Origin: Candidatus Hydrogenedentota bacterium
Lineage (GTDB): Bacteria > Hydrogenedentota > Hydrogenedentia > Hydrogenedentales > SLHB01
DNA length: 64,000 nucleotides
Assembly: GCA_963668025.2 (NCBI GenBank)
Contig: CAXXTH010000013.1
Coordinates: 23,038 to 87,037 of the forward strand
Direction of reading: 5' to 3'
In this document: positions 9,676 to 19,251 of the stretch, piece after piece
Layout: each line of letters begins with the position of its first letter
How positions within the stretch are numbered: the first letter of the stretch is position 1
Program-made: the position numbers and the translations under genes
Notes under the pieces: generated by a model
The model's input: the letters and a program-made list of their open reading frames with translations, nothing else
Told to the model about the DNA's origin: nothing
The model's database searches: none

Positions 9676-10642
9676 ATTTTATTTCGGTGGGAGTTTCTGC
9701 TTCCGCTTGTTCGAGGGAAAAGCCTTGAGGGCGTAAAGGCTGTCCCAGCAAGCGCATTTGCTCGCGGTAGTCACTGGGAGTCATCTGCATAATCCGGCGG
9801 AATTGTCGAGCGAAATAATTGCTGTCCGAAAAACCTACGGCCATGGCTGCGTCGGTGATGGAAGCGGATTCGTCGCGCAGCATCTCGATGGCGCGAGAGA
9901 TGCGCACGCGCAGCAAGTATTCAATGGGCGATAGTCCTGTGGCCTCGCGGAAATTCTTGAGCAGCGCGCTGGCGGAGAGGTGGGCGATTTCTTGCAACTC
10001 TCTTAGTTCAATGGTTTCCGCGTAATTTGTTTCGATGTAGCTGATGACGCTGGCCATGCGCATCAGGCTCCGGCTTCGCGGATGCGTCGCGTGGGAATAA
10101 CACCGGCAGAGATAGCTGACCGCTTGCATGAATAGCGCGATGACCGTGTATTCATACCCGGGCAGTTCTTCTTCCAGTTCTCCCTCGATTACGCGAATCA
10201 ACGACATGATATGGGTTAATTCATCGGGATTGAGATGCAGGCGGCTTTCAAACTTATGCTTGCGCCGGTATTTAGGCTCCAAGCTGAATAGTACGTGGTA
10301 GCCGGATAATTTTCGTACATGGTCAGTCTGAACAAGGATGCGTTCGGCGTCAAAACAGATATTGCGCAAACAAAGGCCTTCCAGGTCTTTATATCCATGG
10401 CGCAGGTTGCCCGTGATGACAAACACATCACCGGCGCGAACGCGGTATTCTTCTTCTTCGGTGAAATGGACGCCTTCACCGCGATATATCACGGTCAGTT
10501 CGGAGAAGCCGCGATGCATATGAAGCGGGTGAGGCGTTTGGGGATCGGCATAACGTACGCCGAAAGGAAAATCCGCATTGGGAAACACGTCGGGCGGAGT
10601 CCAAACGTCTTTTGGATCTATCATGCGTTGCTGGAGCGTCAT
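9671..10642 (-). CDS. AraC-family transcriptional regulator, RhaR/RhaS-like
   Basis: Cupin motif HMHRGFSELTVIYRGEGVH and C-terminal GFSDSNYFARQFRR..TPSDYR. RBS gaggag precedes ATG 10642, so the 10735 start is an over-extension. Confidence 0.9.
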   Translation of the reverse strand: MTLQQRMIDPKDVWTPPDVFPNADFPFGVRYADPQTPHPLHMHRGFSELTVIYRGEGVHFTEEEEYRVRAGDVFVITGNLRHGYKDLEGLCLRNICFDAERILVQTDHVRKLSGYHVLFSLEPKYRRKHKFESRLHLNPDELTHIMSLIRVIEGELEEELPGYEYTVIALFMQAVSYLCRCYSHATHPRSRSLMRMASVISYIETNYAETIELRELQEIAHLSASALLKNFREATGLSPIEYLLRVRISRAIEMLRDESASITDAAMAVGFSDSNYFARQFRRIMQMTPSDYREQMRLLGQPLRPQGFSLEQAEAETPTEIKW

Positions 10643-10733
10643 GCAGGATTGCTCCTCGAGCTTGCTTATATGCAAAGGAAAACAGCCATACCCATGCCGC
10701 GACAATATTATGCTAAATCTCGGTAAGATAATC

Positions 10734-10779
10734 AAGGCATTCTATTTTGATTTAAGGCAAAATAAGGACATTAAAGGCA
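10734..10779. promoter_or_regulatory. Phased AAGGCA direct repeats, candidate AraC operator
   Basis: AAGGCA at 10734, 10754 and 10774 (20-bp period), plus AAGGAC at 10764, in the divergent araC/DUF1559 intergenic region. Confidence 0.5.
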
Positions 10780-10843
10780 TAGTGGAAGAAAGTGAAATCG
10801 TCTTTGCACTCTAACTTCCAACATTACAGAGGAGCCAAACAAA

Positions 10844-11926
10844 ATGAGACATGTGAAGAGAAGGGGATTCACCCTAATCGAACTGCTTGTCGTCATCGCC
10901 ATTATCGCGATTCTGGCGGCAATCTTGCTTCCGGCTCTGGCGCGTGCTCGAGAGGCCGCCCGGCGGGCTTCTTGCCAGAGCAATCTGAAGCAATGGGGCA
11001 TCATCTTCAAAATGTATGCGGGAGAAAATAGAGACCAGTTTCCGCCCGGAATTGGCTACATCCCCAGCAGCACCTCGAAAGTGTTTAGTGGCATGCGCGG
11101 AGTCGGCGGGCATGCGCTCTATCCGGATTATTGGAATGATGTGAGCATCTCGATATGCCCGTCGGATTCGCGTGCGGATTATGATCCGTGGGGCACGCTG
11201 GGCGAAGGATTTGGAGTGGAAGAGGACTATTCGGCCCAGATCCAGCGGCTCGCGAAATTGGCCTCGGAAGATGGACGCAAGGAATGCTTGAACGCGTATC
11301 TGTCTATTCCCGCTTCCTATGTATATACGCCCTATGCGGTCCGGACGGCCATGCAATTCGTCGATACGTCCATGATTTGTTTCTACTGGTGGGCGAATGG
11401 CGATACGGCGCAGTCCGGGAGCAATGTGCCTCCGTATTTCGAGGATGTGGGCTGCAAGTTTGGTGTGTGGGTGACGAAGGTAATCAATAAGGAGCCGATT
11501 GATTCCAAACTAGCGAAGAGTCTGGGATTAGATCGCACCAACCTAATTGATGATGGCGACACCAAGCTGCCCGATTCCTATTCAACGCTGCGCGAAGGTG
11601 TCGAGCGGTTCTTTATCACCGATATTAATAATCCCGCGAGCGGCACTTCGGGCCAGAGCCAGTTATTCGTTATGTGGGACGCGTGGGCGCAAAACGCCCA
11701 AGCAGGCGATACGCCGCCCAACATGTATCCCTCCTGGATTGTGAATAATCTGCCGCCAAGCTCTATTTCCCTATTCAACCATGTGCCAGGCGGTTCGAAT
11801 GTCCTGTATATGGATGGCCATGTGGAATTTGTGCGCCTGAACACCAAAGCCCCGATCACGACAGAAGCGGGCGGTGAGACGCGCGCGCTGGGCTGGTGGA
11901 TGTATCTGTACGGCGGATATGGTTGA
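10844..11926 (+). CDS. DUF1559 prepilin-type N-terminal cleavage/methylation protein
   Basis: KRRG|[42 protein letters not shown], and C-terminal [16 protein letters not shown] (H-X9-DG-type motif, 10-residue spacer here). RBS gaggag. Confidence 0.92.
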   Translation: MRHVKRRGFTLIELLVVIAIIAILAAILLPALARAREAARRASCQSNLKQWGIIFKMYAGENRDQFPPGIGYIPSSTSKVFSGMRGVGGHALYPDYWNDVSISICPSDSRADYDPWGTLGEGFGVEEDYSAQIQRLAKLASEDGRKECLNAYLSIPASYVYTPYAVRTAMQFVDTSMICFYWWANGDTAQSGSNVPPYFEDVGCKFGVWVTKVINKEPIDSKLAKSLGLDRTNLIDDGDTKLPDSYSTLREGVERFFITDINNPASGTSGQSQLFVMWDAWAQNAQAGDTPPNMYPSWIVNNLPPSSISLFNHVPGGSNVLYMDGHVEFVRLNTKAPITTEAGGETRALGWWMYLYGGYG

Positions 11927-11964
11927 GCGCTTGTTTTGGTAAAGAAATCCTCACTTTTAGTGTC

Positions 11965-11992
11965 CGGCGCGGTTCAAAGAGGAACCGCGCCG
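11965..11992 (+). terminator. Stem-loop downstream of the DUF1559 gene
   Basis: cggcgcggttc-aaagag-gaaccgcgccg, an 11-bp perfect stem with no clear U-tract. Confidence 0.45.
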
Positions 11993-12089
11993 CATATCAT
12001 GAAGAGCAAGGGCGTCCACAAGAGCAACACCTGATGTCGAGAGTGTAAATATAAGCTAAGTTTTACCTAATGCAGGAGATACGCTAATC

Positions 12090-14045
12090 ATGGCGATTAC
12101 GAGACAGGGAACTGGAGCGGCTGAGGTGCTGGCCACGAAGAGTTCCGCGTGCGCATTGAGCATGGAATATTCCACCTATCTCGATAAAGTGTATGGCGGG
12201 TGGCTGGGAAAATGCATTGGCGGAACTATCGGAGCTCGCTTTGAGGGCGTAAAATCTTGGATCGAACTAGATCCGGATGCGTTGTTTCCTGAAGTTATTC
12301 CGCCGAACGATGATCTCGATTTACAGGTGCTTTGGCTGGGAGTTCTCGAAAAGAAGGGGATGCACCTTTCGGCGGATGATTTGGCGCAAGCGTGGGTGGA
12401 ACTCTGCTGGTATCCGTTCTGCGAATATGGCATTTTCCGGCGCAACTGGCGTTTGGGGATTCATCCGCCCATGTCGGGCCGGTTCAACAACCAGTTCTGG
12501 GAACACGGTATGGGATGTCCCATCCGCTCAGAGATCTGGGGCTATGTGTTTCCGGGCCGTCCGGAGCAAGCGGTTCGGTTTGCGGGCATGGACGGAAGCC
12601 TCGATCATACCGGACAATCCATCGCCGTGGAGAAAATGCTCGCGGCAATGGCTTCCATGGCCTTCTATCGGAACGATTTACGAGCGCTCATTGAGGCGAA
12701 TCTAGCTATTCTTCCCGCAGGCTCGCCCATAGAACGCCAGGTGCAAACCGCCCTGCAAGCCTACGATGAAGGCCTCAGCCTGTATATGGCGCGTGAACGG
12801 GTAGTGGCTTTAGGCGGCTTCCCGGAAGCCTGCGATATTCTGATCAATGTGCCTATTATTATCCTCGCGTTGCTGTATGGCAAGGGTGATCTGAAAGAAA
12901 CCATCCTCGCGGCGTTGCGATGCGGCTACGACACGGATTGCACCATGGCCACCGCAGGCGCTTTTGTGGGCCAGGTGCTCGGGGCGCAAGGCATTTCCGC
13001 GGATTTGCGGGACGCCATTGGCGATGAACTCGTGATGGGTATCGAGTATCGCCGGGAGGATATGACGATTTCCGGATTGGCGCGCGATACGGCGCGTATG
13101 GGAGTGCTGCTTGCAGCGGATAGCGATATTGCCATCGAGGACGCCCCGGAATTTGCTCCATTACCCCTTTCGGCATCTCCAAGGAAAACCCATTTGACTG
13201 TTGAGTATGCCGGTTTGCCCTGCGCGGCGCCAGGCGATGCGGCCGCCATCCGCGTGAACGTGGAAGGCAGCATGCCGCATACCTCATCCACCATACGCAT
13301 TGAAACTCCGGAAGGATGGGATGTCTCGCCGCGTGAAATGCAAGTTGATCCTTTGATGCGGAAATATGAATTCATGCTGCATGCTCCACATGGGGTAAAG
13401 GCATGGCCCCGGCGGAATCTGTTCCGCGTGCTCCTAGGCGATACCGCTTTACAGACTACTTTTGGCGTGGCGGGAGCGGGATTATGGTATGCATTGGGCG
13501 CGTATTTTCATCTTGAAGCGCCTGAAGATGTGCCTGACCGTCTGCAACGGGCCTGGCACCACCATTTCGCCTCGATTGATCATCCCTATCTGCCGGAACC
13601 GGAGTTTGATATCGAGTCGTTGTACGAGACCTTTTCACGTAAAATCGGCAAACCCGCCATGCTCGCATCTTATGAACATGAAATTGAGCTTGACCAATTG
13701 ATCGGACTGCGCGGGCCGTATTGTGCTTATCTGGCGCGGACCATCATTGCGAAACGCCCGCACCAAACCCATATCGTCATTGGCAACACGGACAGCTTCC
13801 GCTTATTCCTCAATGGTGAGTACGTAGGGGAGAGGGATGAGCACATCTGGTGGACCCCGCAAAACAATTCCTATCTCGTTTCGTTGAAAGAAGGGCCAAA
13901 CCTGCTGGTCGTCAAACTGCTCAAGCAAGACAGCCGCGATTTTCGGTTCACGCTGGGATTCCGGCCCGATGAAGGGCTTCACCGGGAGCGCGGCCAGCAT
14001 TTTGTGGACTGGGATGTGGAATTGAGTGATGGCGTCATGTTTTAA
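12090..14045 (+). CDS. ADP-ribosylglycohydrolase-family protein with C-terminal beta-sandwich domains
   Basis: GGWLGKCIGGTIGA, NDDLD and GYDTDCTMATAGA motifs. C-terminal DSFRLFLNGE..LKEGPNLLVVK is jelly-roll-like. Alternative start at 12162. Confidence 0.85.
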   Translation: MAITRQGTGAAEVLATKSSACALSMEYSTYLDKVYGGWLGKCIGGTIGARFEGVKSWIELDPDALFPEVIPPNDDLDLQVLWLGVLEKKGMHLSADDLAQAWVELCWYPFCEYGIFRRNWRLGIHPPMSGRFNNQFWEHGMGCPIRSEIWGYVFPGRPEQAVRFAGMDGSLDHTGQSIAVEKMLAAMASMAFYRNDLRALIEANLAILPAGSPIERQVQTALQAYDEGLSLYMARERVVALGGFPEACDILINVPIIILALLYGKGDLKETILAALRCGYDTDCTMATAGAFVGQVLGAQGISADLRDAIGDELVMGIEYRREDMTISGLARDTARMGVLLAADSDIAIEDAPEFAPLPLSASPRKTHLTVEYAGLPCAAPGDAAAIRVNVEGSMPHTSSTIRIETPEGWDVSPREMQVDPLMRKYEFMLHAPHGVKAWPRRNLFRVLLGDTALQTTFGVAGAGLWYALGAYFHLEAPEDVPDRLQRAWHHHFASIDHPYLPEPEFDIESLYETFSRKIGKPAMLASYEHEIELDQLIGLRGPYCAYLARTIIAKRPHQTHIVIGNTDSFRLFLNGEYVGERDEHIWWTPQNNSYLVSLKEGPNLLVVKLLKQDSRDFRFTLGFRPDEGLHRERGQHFVDWDVELSDGVMF

Positions 14046-14142
14046 CCGGCCTATGCGGCGGATGGCGTCATGCGTGGCTGTGATGTACAGCTTGTACGCC
14101 AGGCTATAGATTGTATATTCTGGCTGTGGAGACAAGCATGAC

Positions 14143-15123
14143 ATGACAGCCAGAGATGAAGGCGTGATTCCACAAGATCCTCCACCCCGGCTTGGCCAGG
14201 CCTCATGCCCGTGTTGCATGGTGGGGCAGGCGTGGCCGGAAGCGCGCACAGAACCGTTTGCTACGCTGCGCGCCCTTGAAAATCAATATGCTGAAGGCTT
14301 TTTCGAGGGATTCCAGATATCTGATTGCCCGCATGTGGAAGAGCGCCGGGCGATTGGCGCGTTCGTGCGGGCCTCAGGGGTGTCGATTGATTATAGCTTG
14401 GGACAGCGCTTTTATGCGGAAGGCTGGCGCTTGGCCACCGAAAGCGCATCGGAACGCGCCTGGATATTAAACGCCTTGCGCATGCACTTCGATGAAGCGC
14501 GGGAAGTGGGCGCGCAATATGTGCTGATTTTGAGCGGCCCGGGGCCGGAACGCGCGGAAGAGCGTCCCGCGGCGCTGGCCGCTTTAGGGCGTATGCTTGA
14601 AGTCCTAGACGCGGAGGCTGCCAGGGAGCCTGCTCTGTCCGTACTTATCGAGCCGCTGGATGTCGCCAGCCACAAGCGCGGTGCGCTGGGTTATACCCAC
14701 GAGGCGATGGAGCTTCTAGCGGGCTTGCGTCAGTTCGAGCTTGTGTTCGATACGGCGCATGTGGTGCTTAACGGCGAAGACCTAGATGCGTCGTTTAACC
14801 AAGCCCTGCCCCGGATAGGCGAATTGCATTTATGCAACTGCGTGGCGGACCCATCCAACCCGGAATATGGCGACTGGCATCCCCTATGGGGGCCGCCAGG
14901 CTGGCTTACGCTGGACCGCGCCGCAGCCGTGATGTGCCGGGCATGGGAGTTAGGGTATTTGCGCCCGGGAGGGGCTTCGCGGATCGCATTGGAAGCCAAG
15001 CGCCCGGAAGGCATGCCGGGCGCTTGGCTGGCTGCATATAGCCGCACGCAGCTCGAAGGCGCTTGGGCGCTGGCCCGCGCCAGCTTGTGCGAACCTCACG
15101 GCGTTTCGCTACGCTCAACCTAG
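14143..15123 (+). CDS. Sugar phosphate isomerase/epimerase (xylose isomerase-like TIM barrel)
   Basis: Metal-ligand pattern LIEPLD / FDTAH / LHLCN..DWH / ALE. Confidence 0.75.
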   Translation: MTARDEGVIPQDPPPRLGQASCPCCMVGQAWPEARTEPFATLRALENQYAEGFFEGFQISDCPHVEERRAIGAFVRASGVSIDYSLGQRFYAEGWRLATESASERAWILNALRMHFDEAREVGAQYVLILSGPGPERAEERPAALAALGRMLEVLDAEAAREPALSVLIEPLDVASHKRGALGYTHEAMELLAGLRQFELVFDTAHVVLNGEDLDASFNQALPRIGELHLCNCVADPSNPEYGDWHPLWGPPGWLTLDRAAAVMCRAWELGYLRPGGASRIALEAKRPEGMPGAWLAAYSRTQLEGAWALARASLCEPHGVSLRST

Positions 15124-16122
15124 CCCCTGGAATAGGCTTTCTGCATTCTGATGAAAAAAGCGTTCGGTGAACTCGCGTGGCTTGTCTAGGCGTTCAACCG
15201 CTTTCTTAATAGCGCGCAATTCTTCATATAGAAATGACGTGAACACGAGTTTACCCCGGGGATCGTGGATGGACAACACCCAAGGCACGGGGGTGACGTA
15301 CGTGTATTGATCATTGATTTCGATGGATTTGCCGGGGGCTAGGGCAATGGGAATATCACTGCCGTATAGCAGGCGTTCTTCGGGTAGGTGGCGGAAGGCG
15401 TATTCGAGCACTTCCCAGTTATTCAACATGGCGGTGTCGTAATATAAGTTGGGCAATTCAGCAAGGGCATCGAGCTGGCCCACGATGTTACGCACGTAAT
15501 AGGCCCGCCCGATATGGGCCAGAATGAAGCGGGCTTTTGGATACCGCCCGCACCATTCCACGAGCTGGCGCTGGTTGAGCGGATCGGCCAGGCGTTCGCG
15601 GCGGGGTATATGGAGCATAACAAGCAGGCCTAGTTCATTTATAACTTCCATGGCCCAAGGTGGCAGCATTTCCGCGATAGAGGCGTTATTGAGGTCCGCG
15701 TGGCGGGTGTAGTCCGGATATGGCTTGATTCCCCAGTACGGTCCTTGCGATAGTTCCGCATGTAGAGTCTCGGGTGTATCCTCGGCGGGATCCAGAAGCC
15801 GTAGCGCTTTCCATCCGAAGCTTGGGCAATTCTTCGCAAGATAATGGTTGTTCCATACACGGTCATATCCCACGATGGGCAGCCCAAAACATAGCGCCAA
15901 GCATTCGCGGCCGGGCAGCATGTCGGCGAAATCTTGCTGCAGTTCTTCCAGCGGATATTGGGTAATGGGATGGCCGGCGCAACTAAATGGAGCGTCTTCG
16001 GGAATCGCGCCTTCTGGCACAGGATGGACATGAACGTCCCAGACGCGCTGGGGCACGAAAGCCTCTAACTCTTCTTCCCAAATACGCCGGTTGCGTTCCT
16101 GCTGAGTGGTTTCTTTCCACAT
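15115..16122 (-). CDS. Amidohydrolase_2-family protein (possible sugar lactonase)
   Basis: DVHVH, MLHIP, LAHIG and LYGSD motifs. Confidence 0.85.
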   Translation of the reverse strand: MWKETTQQERNRRIWEEELEAFVPQRVWDVHVHPVPEGAIPEDAPFSCAGHPITQYPLEELQQDFADMLPGRECLALCFGLPIVGYDRVWNNHYLAKNCPSFGWKALRLLDPAEDTPETLHAELSQGPYWGIKPYPDYTRHADLNNASIAEMLPPWAMEVINELGLLVMLHIPRRERLADPLNQRQLVEWCGRYPKARFILAHIGRAYYVRNIVGQLDALAELPNLYYDTAMLNNWEVLEYAFRHLPEERLLYGSDIPIALAPGKSIEINDQYTYVTPVPWVLSIHDPRGKLVFTSFLYEELRAIKKAVERLDKPREFTERFFHQNAESLFQGLG

Positions 16123-16147
16123 GGTTCCTATTCTCCTTCGTTTTGTT

Positions 16148-17554
16148 TTATAGCGCCGCGAAACCGATGTTTGCGTAGGAGGCCATGGCTTGCAAGGCTT
16201 CCAAATGATGGCCTTGGATCAAGGCGCTGTGATGGGTGCCGCCGAGACGGGAATAAGCCTCTAGAAACGCCCCCAGCTCCATGCCAGGCCGGATCCAGCC
16301 ACGAATCGAGTCCTGCATATCGGGACGTTTCGAGTCTTCTAGAACTTCAACCGGTGCGGCGATGAGCGTGAAGGTGTCATTTGGACCGGGTGCGATATTG
16401 ACAAGCGTCGCGGGGCCGGGCGCGGGTGCGCACGCGGCGATGACGGGATTGTGCGCGGGCGTCCAGGGGAAGTCTTTTTCGACCAAGCGCGCGCGGCGTC
16501 CAGCGATATCTGGATTGATTTCGCCCATATGGGACAAGAACAGGCTTTGGCCCGTCCAGTCCGGGCAGAAGATCTCCGTAAACGTCACACCGCCGAAGGC
16601 GCGGGCCAGCGCGCCCACGAAGGCGGCGGTGAGGACATCGCCTTCGCCCGCATATCCGATGCCTCGAGCCATGGCTTTTGATGCTTCGAGAAACGGCACG
16701 GTGTCGATGGGCGGTTCCGGCGAATCAAAGGAGCGGAAATTCATCGAGAAGGCGCTGTAGCCGCCTTCCTCAAGGACGCGCCGTAATGCAAGCCCCACAC
16801 GCACGGAACGGCGATGGGCTTCCGCGTCCGCCACGGCCTCGAAGCGTTCGCGGTCGGCGGCCAATTCAGCTTCAATGGCTTCCGTGGAAATATGGCGGGC
16901 GGCCTCATGCAGCCCTTCCGGCGTGATGTTATGCACCGAGATGCCGAGTGTTTGGCGTAGTATGTTTTCTTCGACGGCGAAATCGCCCATCCCGGCAAAA
17001 GGCGGGCCAATGCGCAGCGTCTTGGCTTCATGAAGCCGTCTTGCCGCGCAAGCGCCCCGTGCGATTTCGGCGGCGCGGCGGAGTACGGGTGAATGGTCTG
17101 CGTGCCCGGCGGCGATTTGGAAGGAGCGGCTTCGGCGCAGGAGCATGCAGGCCAAGTCCTGTACGCCATGAATGCCGTGGTTATACAAAATGCGCTCGGG
17201 CGGGGTGTCTATGCCGAAGGATTCGTCCATGGTCGTATCGAGCAGCAACAAGGGCAGCCGGGTGTTCGCCAGAGGGCCAATGGATTCGAGGGACGGGGAA
17301 TAGGCGAGATGGATGATAACGAGTGCGTCTACATGCTCCGCCTCGAAACGTTCGACGGCGGCGGAGACTTCCGGTTCCAGGCGGCACACATCGGCGAATA
17401 CGGTACGGATGCCTTGCGCCTCTAGGTCGGCTTTGATGCGCTCGAGAAAAGGTGTGAACACCGGACGCATTTGAGGCAGGCAGTCGTCATACAGTTCCAA
17501 GTATAACGGAAGTACGCCCGCCAAAGGATTTGAATTTATCGCGGATGCATTCAT
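16148..17554 (-). CDS. L-arabinose/L-fucose isomerase-family protein
   Basis: GYAGEGD, SHMGE and GGTHH correspond to the AraA metal-ligand motifs (GAEGD, HMLE, GGAHH). Confidence 0.8.
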   Translation of the reverse strand: MNASAINSNPLAGVLPLYLELYDDCLPQMRPVFTPFLERIKADLEAQGIRTVFADVCRLEPEVSAAVERFEAEHVDALVIIHLAYSPSLESIGPLANTRLPLLLLDTTMDESFGIDTPPERILYNHGIHGVQDLACMLLRRSRSFQIAAGHADHSPVLRRAAEIARGACAARRLHEAKTLRIGPPFAGMGDFAVEENILRQTLGISVHNITPEGLHEAARHISTEAIEAELAADRERFEAVADAEAHRRSVRVGLALRRVLEEGGYSAFSMNFRSFDSPEPPIDTVPFLEASKAMARGIGYAGEGDVLTAAFVGALARAFGGVTFTEIFCPDWTGQSLFLSHMGEINPDIAGRRARLVEKDFPWTPAHNPVIAACAPAPGPATLVNIAPGPNDTFTLIAAPVEVLEDSKRPDMQDSIRGWIRPGMELGAFLEAYSRLGGTHHSALIQGHHLEALQAMASYANIGFAAL

Positions 17555-17566
17555 GTACGCATTCTC

Positions 17567-19060
17567 CTATGTGGTTTGTATGGAAAACGGCTGGGCCTCG
17601 GGAAGGCGGCCATATGCTTGCTCGAACACGGTTCGATACGTTTCATATGCGAATCTGATGGCATCTTGTTGCGATTGTGCGGGCTTGCCTGCTGGAAGAA
17701 GCTTTGCGCTGGCTGTCTTCGGTGAAAAGGCGTACACCGCGCCTCGGGAGGCGGCGCTGCCGGGATCTTCGAGCAAGTGGACGGGTATGGATTCAAACAA
17801 AGCGGCGATGATCTGAGGGATGTACCACGATTTTCCCGCGCCTCCACATAGCGCCACTCCATCCAGATGCCCACATTTGGCTGCTGATTCGAGCGTGCGC
17901 CAGAGTTCAAATGCCAATCCCGCCGCCACGGCTCGAAGCATGTCCGCGCCAGTGGAAAGCGTACTTAATCCTGTGAAAAGGCCCGCGCCGGGCTGATGCG
18001 GTGGAAAGGGATTCGGTTGAGTCAGCCATGGCAGCGCCACCAAGCCATTGCAGGGCAGCAGGGCTTGCTCGAACAGCGCAGAGGCCTTCTTCACGGCTGT
18101 ATGTATATTTTTGCAGACAAATGTTTGCAGCGCCCAATCCCATGCGGCGTTGCCCGCGAATAGCGGCAGAACCATCAAGAGGCCATCTTCAATAGGTGAG
18201 GGCACTTTGATGCAAAATGGGGATGCGGCCCGCACCCCAGCGGGCAGCCGGAAATTGCCCACCCAGGACGTGCCCAATGAACACTGCAGCGGGTGTTCGA
18301 GCGGACCGGTGGCGGCAAGGTAGCTGGCTTCCTGGTCGAAATACGGTCCCGCGACGGGCAGCCCTTGGGGAAGCCCGAGTTTGTTCGCGGTTAACGTGCG
18401 TAGCGGAGTGGTTTCATGGCCACGGCGGAGGGGGGCGAAAAAGGAGCAAGTAAGCCCCAATAAATCCAGTACGGCTGGGGGAATTTGGTTTTTAGGGGCA
18501 TTAAGCCCCGTGGCTTGTGCGGCATGGCCCGCGTCTTGACGCCAATGGCCGGTCAAGTGAAAAAACAGGTATTCGCCTGCTCCCACGTGCAAATAGTCGT
18601 TGGTGAATAACTCCGGTTGTTTGGCTTGAAATTGTGCGAGGCGGCCTAGGCCCGCGGGGGCGATTGGATTTCCCACATTGGTGCGCCAAAACGAGGGGGG
18701 CTTCCGCTGTTGTATCTGGGCGGCGTCGGCGATAGCGCGCGAGTCGTTCCACAAAACCAAAGGCGTTTGGGCGGCGCCGGTTTCTCGATGAACCAGCATG
18801 GAGCTTCCCGCTTGGCTGGCCAGGCCCACGGCGCGGACCTCGCGCCAGCGGACGCCGAGTTCCCGCCGTAACTGGTTCAAGCTGGCGTATAAGGAACGCA
18901 GGAGCAGCGTGGGCGATTGCTCGGAAGCACCCGGAACGGGCGAGTCACAAGGCAATCGCTTGGCGGCTTGAGACAAGAGACGGCCAGAGCCTTCTTCGAA
19001 GGCGCACGCCTTTAACACGGTCGTGCCCGCATCAATGCCGATCAGAATTGATTTCGCCAT
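17567..19060 (-). CDS. FGGY-family carbohydrate kinase
   Basis: IGIDAGTTVLKA, WNDSRA, SLGTS and CGGAGKS motifs. Confidence 0.88.
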   Translation of the reverse strand: MAKSILIGIDAGTTVLKACAFEEGSGRLLSQAAKRLPCDSPVPGASEQSPTLLLRSLYASLNQLRRELGVRWREVRAVGLASQAGSSMLVHRETGAAQTPLVLWNDSRAIADAAQIQQRKPPSFWRTNVGNPIAPAGLGRLAQFQAKQPELFTNDYLHVGAGEYLFFHLTGHWRQDAGHAAQATGLNAPKNQIPPAVLDLLGLTCSFFAPLRRGHETTPLRTLTANKLGLPQGLPVAGPYFDQEASYLAATGPLEHPLQCSLGTSWVGNFRLPAGVRAASPFCIKVPSPIEDGLLMVLPLFAGNAAWDWALQTFVCKNIHTAVKKASALFEQALLPCNGLVALPWLTQPNPFPPHQPGAGLFTGLSTLSTGADMLRAVAAGLAFELWRTLESAAKCGHLDGVALCGGAGKSWYIPQIIAALFESIPVHLLEDPGSAASRGAVYAFSPKTASAKLLPAGKPAQSQQDAIRFAYETYRTVFEQAYGRLPEAQPFSIQTT

Positions 19061-19251
19061 GAAAGAATGACCCCAAAATACTCAGCAAGCTTTTTGAATC
19101 CGCTGAGCTTTTCTTTGTTTTGATTCAAGTTCTTAAGGGCTATGGAATTTTGCTCCACAAATGCGCGCAAATTCCGCTGCATTGGCTGAAGAGATATAAA
19201 CCATGGCGCCTACTCTATCTTCATTCGCGTCAAAAAAATGCCATACCGCAT

